Assembly: GCA_965235115.1 (NCBI GenBank)
Contig: OZ249436.1
Span: 7,566,001-7,630,000, forward strand
Source: Laetmonice hystrix
Lineage: Eukaryota
Direction of reading: 5' to 3'
DNA: 64,000 nucleotides
Both the position numbers and the translations under genes were made by a program. Below the pieces are notes generated by a model. The model saw only the letters and a program-made list of their open reading frames with translations. It was not told the DNA's origin and did not search any database. This document shows, piece by piece, positions 56,003 to 64,000 of this stretch (the stretch's first letter is position 1; every line of letters begins with the position of its first letter).

Positions 56003-57383
56003 AGAAGGTGGGGTTTCAATTCTGAGCCTTCTTTTCATGGGATTGCAATCAGGTGGCAGGTTTGTCATGATTCTAGACGGGGTCAGATCCCTCCCCAGTC
56101 AATTAACATCAATAGATCTGTGACCGAGTCAGACCCCCCCCCCCCCAACCTCGGCCACCAGTAATTAGCCTAAACTGTTGGTGTTGTAAATATATAATAG
56201 GTCTATGCTCGTAGTGTTGAACATTGTTTCTTCATTTTTCCTGAATCGCCATGGAGGAAGTAATGGTTTAAGAACCATTCTTTCATCACATGTGTTTTTG
56301 CAACATACTCAAAGTAACTCGAAGACCTAAAATTGGTGTTCGAAGGAATGTTTCCAGTACAATTGTTAAACGGGTATTACGTCCAAAGTTATTAGATCAG
56401 TGTCATAGCTATAGCATGTATAAGTTATATTCGTCGGCCATCCTCGAGTAGACTATGAGAGTAGTAATTAAAAGATGACGCATTTGTGTTGGCAGTGGGC
56501 AGCGGCTGCCCACAAACGTCCGTTCGTGGAGTCGAGACCTTCCGTGCGTGGCGGGCGTCTGTCCCCGGACGCCGTGATCACGCTGTCAATGACGGCCAAC
56601 GCTAGGCAATCAACCATTCCCGTGATGACACGTCAGGTCACAGCGGGCACCATCACGTCATATCATGACTGGCACACACTCAGGTGGGCAGACGATGCTC
56701 ACCTCAGCCAACCACTCGGCCTGTTCATGTTGGACGCTTTTACAAATTGATTTTATTACTATTTTACCCAGGGCCGGCGGGGACTGGATCTAAGGTGTAA
56801 CCCTCAGCGCTGTATGATATGATTTAATGTGAGTAAACCGGTATTACTGGACGAAACCGGTGGGCATGGATTGTATTTAATTGAATTATACCTGTGACAA
56901 TCAATGCCCGTCAGCCGGTATAACACACAATGTAGCCGATCCATGTTTTTCCGGGAGACATTTTATCAAGCATTTCATCAAGCCCACACTACACCCGCCT
57001 CCTAGTCACAACCCCCGCCCTCATCCCGACATTTTCTATATTTCTCTCTGCCGGGACCAAAAGGTGACATATGTCAACGTGTGCGTGACATGGGAACGAG
57101 CAGTCGTGTATAATTGGTGGTGTAGGGGGTGGTGAGATCGACCAAAGGAAACAAAGCACAGGCAAGCCTACCCGGAGACTGTCCCTGAGGACAGAATTAG
57201 ATCTATTCTCCTCCACTGATTGCCATAGATTGTCATGTTTCGAAGTATGACATAGCTGGCTCACCACACATTGCCAAAGTAAGGAACCTTGCGTCTGAAT
57301 GCATACCGCTTGAACCGAAATCTTGAAGGCGGAAAATTGTGAATGCCATGGTTCCGTGGTCGCCTATATCCGGCTTTTGATGA

Positions 57384-57644
57384 TAATGGCCTCAAGGTAG
57401 GCGCACAGTACACAAATATGAATGATGGCCTAAAGGTAGGCGCACAGTACAAAAATATGAATGATGGCCTAAAGGTAGGCGCACAGTACACAAATATGAA
57501 TGATGGCCTAAAGGTAGGCGCACAATACAAAAATATGAATGTTGGCCTAAAGTACAAAAATATGAATAATAGTCTAAATGTAGGCGCACAGTACAAAAAT
57601 ATGAATGATGGCCTATAAGTAGGCGCAGAGTATACAAAAATATG
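57384..57644. repeat. 39-bp x~6 repeat
   Basis: GATGGCCTAAAGGTAGGCGCACAGTACAAAAATATGAAT. Confidence 0.9.
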
Positions 57645-60419
57645 ACTGTGCGTTATGTTACCGGCGATCGTCATCCCAGTCAGATTTTACCGCAGTTCAT
57701 GGCTGCACCATGGTGTGCGTCGCATATACTGCAAGGTCCCCTCTGGAATCAAAGAACCTTCATCTGCAATTTGTTTTATATGTTGACTGCGGGTCCTGTT
57801 TTTGAAAAGATGGACAAGGATGTCCTCTTTATCAGTGGTCCATTTAATTTTCCTATTCACCTAGGTCTCTCTCAGCGCCACCTATCCTCAATCGATCGTG
57901 TGACAAAAAGAAAGCAATCTGATTGGTGGAGCGCCAAATCGACTGCGATAATTGAGCTTAAAGGGAAATGTGAGTGTTCAAAGCGCCGTCTAGTGAGTCG
58001 CGTTGGTACCACTGGGGAAATGTGAGTATTCAATGCGCCGCGTAGTGAGCTTTAACAGAAAAATGTTTGGCTTATGTATGCAGTCAACTAGTTTGATGTG
58101 GAAATCAATAGTATTTTTTAAACCATGAACCAAACTGTGTGCCAGAACCTGTCTACTCCATTGAATGCTAGAGTTAAGACCCGTGTTTTACCAAGGCACT
58201 GACTGTTTGGCAGGCTGTAACTTTTTTTTGATTCGGCGACCCCAATTTTTTCTGTTTTAAACTAGTAGTCCTGATCCACTTTATCTTGTGATTTTTTTCG
58301 TTTCTTTGTACTCCTAAGGACAAAGGCTATCCCCCATAAAAATATTTTGAAAATTCTAGTGGTCAATCAAATTCCGTCGAACATTCACATTTCCCTTTAA
58401 TACGTCAAAGGGAGCACACTGCTTGCGGTCGAAAAATCGGCGGCAAAAATCAAAACAGTTTGATCCTTGCGCTAAGATCTCAATGATACATCGCAGGCAG
58501 ATTTGGGACAGAATTTGACTGCGACGCTCGGCGTACACTACGCAAAATTTGGGTGCCATCCGATCGCCGGTGAAATCGCAGTCATTATATTTGTAGTGTG
58601 CACCTACTTTTGCAGAGAGGGGATTGGCTGGACAAAGGCTAGGTAGGCCCTACATCCGGTTAAAGCTATTACTATAAAGTCCTACATGATAAGAATGCTA
58701 CAGATGATGGTGTAACATTCTGTATCATTTGTTTTGTTTTATTTCTATGTGATACCCACCCACTACGGCCATTGTCACTGCGATACTACAAAAAGTGAAT
58801 TAAAAAATAAAATCTAAAAAAGCAACACCAAAACGTCCGTATTATGTATGATAAAACATCGGAGTCAAGATCTCTTGACGTATCAGCATCTTCACCTGTT
58901 TCGTAAAGTCGTTATGCAGATGAACCCTTCTGTCAACATGGTTGAGGGTATTTGTTGTGCTCCCAAACCCTGTGTGTAACCAATGCTAACACGTCCGACC
59001 CATTCTACTATAGCCGACCGTCGTATTAGACAGGAAATGTCCACGTGTACACATATTAGTTTACAATACCATTCACAGTCCATCGTGTCGACAGGTTCTT
59101 GTAAACAGTCAAACTCGAGTTTCAACTGTCCAATGAAGCCTCATGATTTATTCACCTCTCTCCGCTGTTTTTGTCCACTTCCTATCGTGTAGTAAAGTTT
59201 TGCTAGGCGAACGCTGGAATTTATATGATGCATCTTCAAAGTGAAAAATTCTATAATGAATCGTTGCAATAAGATAAAATTCATAATATTTGTATAGTTG
59301 ACTCTCTGTACCCGTTATATTGTTCTGAACTATATGTGAAAAATGTTACCTAAATTTTTATAAATTAAAGGAAAGATTAAATGAAGAAATCATATACTTT
59401 AGTAAAGTATTCTTATAGCCGTGCCGTTTATATCTTGAGATTTGGTATTACGTATTTTATACGTAAGCTGGACGTCTGTGAGGGAAATCATGGGTGGGCC
59501 TATAGTTCTTTCTGGACTAACCCGCCAGTAGTATGCTAAGAGACAGAAAATAAGCCGGTCAAGTTCCGTAGGTCATTCAAGATTACATATAACGGTATAG
59601 AAAATGGCCCATAATTCCGTAGGTCAGTTAACTTTACACATAACCATGTAGAAAATGTCCCATAATTCTGTAGGTCATTTAAGATTACATAATAACGGTG
59701 TAGAAAATGTAGACATTGTAAGGATGTAGAAAATGGCCCATAAATATGCAAATTTAGCGCCGAATGAGCTGGAAAAAAGATACACATGGAGAATGAAACA
59801 CTCTGTTAAAGATGGCGATTCAGCGTGACTTGCATGTGTGAATTTATCATTTTTATATATTAACTCCATCTCAAACCTTCACCGTTTTACTGGTTGGTAT
59901 AATTTGTCGCCGGTGTTTGGTTACCCTGTCTCATTTTTGTCCTTTTCCCTGGTAAGGTCTGTTGTCTGCCCCCTTCACATGACAGAAGAGTACTTCAGAG
60001 TGACTGTTGATGAACTGGCATCTGCAACTTTTTTTTACCTTTTAATGCGTTTACCTGACCTGCATGATAACCCTTAGATAGCAACGCAGAACTTGCGCTG
60101 CTGCTTTGATCCCGCCGCCCGACTCAGGTGGGTGCATAATATAGGCTACAGAACTATCTGTAATTAAAAATATAGTCTTGGACATGGACACTGGATAGAG
60201 CAAGGAGTTATCTAACATGCGGTAGGATAGCTAGGATATATCCAATTTTAGCTTGGCCAAGTCACGTGGATATATCAAAGTCCAGTCTGCCAAAGTGACT
60301 ATAAGCAGTGGAAAAAATTGGTTGGATAGACGTATAGGACCTCAGGTGGAAGTCCTGTAAGAGATTTCACTTTCACATCGCTTATAACAAGTCATATGAT
60401 GGACATTCAGTCTGACCGA

Positions 60420-60795
60420 GTGAGTAAGATATCAATGCCCAGTATGACTGAATGATTAGGATATCAATGTCCATTATGAGTGAATTATTAGGATATCAGT
60501 GTCCATTATGAGTGAATGATTACGATATCAATGTCAAGTGTGAGTGAATGATTACGATATCAATGTCCAGTATATGACTGGATGATTAGAATAACAATGT
60601 CCAGTATAGGTGAATGATTACGATATCAATGTATCAATGCCCAGTATGAGTAAATGATTACGATATCAATGTCCAGTATGTGACTGGATGATTAGAATAA
60701 CAATGTCCAGTATGAGTGAATGATTACGATATCTGTTCCCAGTATGACTGAATGATTAGGATATCAATGTCCATTATGAGTTAATGATTAGGATA
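60420..60795. repeat. About 32-bp x~12 degenerate repeat
   Basis: TGAGTGAATGATTACGATATCAATGTCCAGTA. Confidence 0.85.
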
Positions 60796-62785
60796 TTATT
60801 TATTGTCTCAAACACCCAGTCTGACCAAGTGTTGTATGTTATATAAGATATTGACCAGTGGAATAGAGAACTTCAGCAACATAAAGAACTTGAGCATATA
60901 GAGCCGTACATTTTGGTGCCCTAAAGATCTTCATCGGGCCAGAGATAGAATTCTGGAAGATGCAGAATTGTAGGTTCCAGAAGGTCAACATCATATTTCA
61001 ATATTTCTATGCTGGATTCCTTTACGCTGACATATAAAAATCTCAAGGTTCCATGTGGACAAAGGTCAACAACACACCAGAGAGCTGCCAGAATAACTTT
61101 ACGAAGGAGGGAAAAAAATGACCCAGATCCCTGGGCCGCCATTTCTGTAGACGACCCGTATAACCTAAACACCACCGACATCAGTCACTTTGGACAGTCG
61201 AGAACTTTTCTCATGGGAATCCAACAGCCTGGGAATGAATCGTTTATCTCATTCCATCGATGATTCCAGTTTTAAAACAGGTGACTCTTGTTTCATCAAC
61301 AACATCATCAGACAGTATGATGAAAGTAGTATGCTACTATTTACTTTATTGGTGTGGACCTGAGCCGTGCCTTTTGAGTGAATGGACCCAAAATAGGCCA
61401 TTCAGGTTATTTTGGCGCACGCGACCCAGCCTCTTGACCGCATTTCTCTGATATCCTTTCTTAAAGGTGTCGTGTGAAGGGAGATGTACCCCTCCTTTTT
61501 ATTTTGTCGTGAAAGTTATCCAAGAAAAGAAAAAAAATATCTTTTTTTTCAATGCCACTTTATTCCAAACCTTAGGAGAGTCGTATAGCAGGACAGTAAC
61601 TACGAGACCACTATAATTATACTATTATGCCTACTACGTGTACTACTATAGGCCTAGTCGTAGTAGTAGGCCTACTCTTACTATATGCACCTATAAGTAA
61701 GCCTATAGTGGTAGCCTAGTTGTAGTAGCCGTAGTATATAAAGGTGTGAACTGTAACTGCGGGGTTTACAAACCACATCCACGTCTAACGGATACAGAGT
61801 GGATCAAAGGAAAGGTCCGGGATCGTGTAAACAGTGTGGCTGTACGTGCCGCCAGGACCTCAGGGTCATCCTGATACCCTGTGTACGTAACAACAGCGAG
61901 TGGCTTTCCCTGCAAACCGACATCGCTGTTTGCCATCCAACGGTAGAGGGCGCTGCGAAACGGTAACTCGGACTTATAGCTAGCAGCTAGTCTGTGGTGG
62001 ATAGCTAGATGGATACATATCATCTGATACATACATGCATATTACTAGTCTACCATTGGGGATTGTTTAGTCTCTCAGATAACGAGTTAACCCACAGACT
62101 GGGTTAACCTCGAGGTTAAATACGTCCTTGCAACCGGCCATTAGAGTTTAGGTCAGGTAACCTTATTCTACGTCATTCCCAGTTATAAATTTTCCAAATA
62201 TGGTAATTATGATCATAATAATGCTCACTTGCTGGCGGCTATCATTAATCCCAGTGAACATTAATTTTGTTATGCTCAGTAACTGTATTTCTATTTGATA
62301 TTTTCGTCTTGCTCAAATGTCAATAAATAATACTTCACGTTGACGTGGTTCGGTGTGTGGATGATGGCTGGACAGTTGTGGTGTTGTCACTTGATGCTGG
62401 GCCGTTGAGGAAGTGGGTGCATAGGCACATGACGGTGTGGGGGCAGGCCACAAATTATATGGGGGTAGCATTGGTAGCTCACCATCATCTCCACGAAGTT
62501 TGGGAACAAAAACTGAAAGTTATTCCTAGCCCTAAACTTGCCCCTATATTCCTATATTTTGAGTGTATTTTGGGAGAGTCAGATCGACACTTATATCTAA
62601 AGAACTTTTCGTGACCAACAGAATGCAGGTGAGTCCCCTACTCCCCCCCCCCAAAAAAAAAAACTTGTCTAGACTGCTACACCCGCTGGTTGATTTGATG
62701 ATTTGAAGTTAATTCTGATGGCCCCAAAAGATTCGTATGCCGAGGCCTAATTATATACGAGATCTTCCACACAAAATCTTACATT

Positions 62786-63688
62786 ATCTCTGAATGTGTC
62801 AATTAGGGTGTACGGACTACTTTATGGATCATTCTCCATTTCTCTGAATGTGTCAGACGACTTTATGGGTCATTCTCCCTATCTCTGAATGTGTCAATTA
62901 GGGTGTAGGCTATACGGACTACTGGGTCATTCTCCATATCTCTGAATGTGTCAATTAGGGTGTACGGACTACGTTATGGGTCATTCTCCATATCTCTGAA
63001 TGTGCCAATTAGGGTGTACGGACTACTTTATGGGCCATTCTCCATATCTCTGAATGTGCCAATTAGGGTGTACGGACTACTTTATGGGTCATTCTCCCTA
63101 TCTCTGAATGTGTCAATTAGGGTGTACGGACTACTTTATGGGTCATTCTCCATATCTCTGAATGTGCCAATTAGGGTGTACGGACTACTTTATGGGTCAT
63201 TCTCCATATCTCTGAATGTGCCAATTAGGGTGTACGGACTACTTTATGGGTCATTCTCCCTATCTCTGAATGTGTCAATTAGGGTGTACGGACTACGTTA
63301 TGGGTCATTCTCCATATCTCTGAATGTGCCAATTAGGGTGTACGGACTACTTTATGGGTCATTCTCCATATCTATGAATGTGTCAATTAGGGTGTACGGA
63401 CTACTTTATGGGTCATTCTCCATATCTCTGAATGTGCCAATTAGGGTGTACGGACTACTTTATGGGTCATTCTCCATATCTATGAATGTGTCAATTAGGG
63501 TGTACGGACTACTTTATGGGTCATTCTCCATATCTCTGAATGTGCCAATTAGGGTGTACGGACTACTTTATGGGTCATTCTCCATATCTATGAATGTGTC
63601 AATTAGGGTGTACGGACTACTTTGTGGGTCATTCTCCATATCTCTGAATGTGTCAATTAGGGTGTACAGAATGACTACTGGGTCATTT
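62786..63688. repeat. 54-bp x~16 minisatellite
   Basis: TCTCTGAATGTGTCAATTAGGGTGTACGGACTACTTTATGGGTCATTCTCCATA. Confidence 0.95.
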
Positions 63689-64000
63689 TCTGATCCTGTG
63701 TATACCATTTATATACACCAGCCTCCGCCCCCCCCCCCCCCCCCCCCCCAAACATCCCTGATTCGACGACCTCCTTCACTTGGACCGGTCAACAGTTTAG
63801 AGGCTGTACGACACCCTTACCAAGGGGCGCATTAAATGAAGGCCTTTTCAAAGTTGTAGATCCACGGCGCCATCCGTTTATTTATTTATGCCATGATACA
63901 ATAAGCGGATCCGTAACTCGTCCGCAGAGGCGGGCGGTCGCCGGTGATCAAACACGTGGACATGACGGGCGGGCAGGTCGGCAGGTTCCAGCTCCACCCG

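Noticed and set aside
56761..56870. Hammerhead-like GGACGAAACCGGT
   Set aside because: No matching CTGANGA core or consistent stems
62948..63835. 295-aa ORF
   Set aside because: Translation of the 54-bp minisatellite, open only because the unit is a stop-free multiple of three

Overview
Eukaryotic, invertebrate-like genomic DNA with spliceosomal introns, MITEs and minisatellites; there is no prokaryotic content. Two convergent spliced genes could be reconstructed by hand. (1) On +, the 3' part of an espin-like ankyrin-repeat gene (about 13 exons, 173..10944) with a non-espin C-terminus. One small exon appears to be interrupted by a 2.5-kb TGT...ACA DNA transposon with a 5-bp target-site duplication (TSD). 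(2) On -, a complete classical calpain (19 coding exons, 45259..13542, 665 aa, intact Cys/His/Asn triad, C2-like and penta-EF-hand domains). It has a U12-type intron, a 19.8-kb repeat-laden first intron and a poly-Ala upstream ORF. A third, weakly supported spliced gene may lie on - at about 51.8-53.6 kb. The rest is non-autonomous transposons (including a Helentron-associated element carrying two tRNA-like units), about 20 tandem arrays and a strongly over-represented TAGGCCTA palindrome. Several tandem duplications capture splice signals, including an array whose 60-bp unit resembles a complete GT...AG intron. Exon models come from manual translation and phase checking, not from transcript data.
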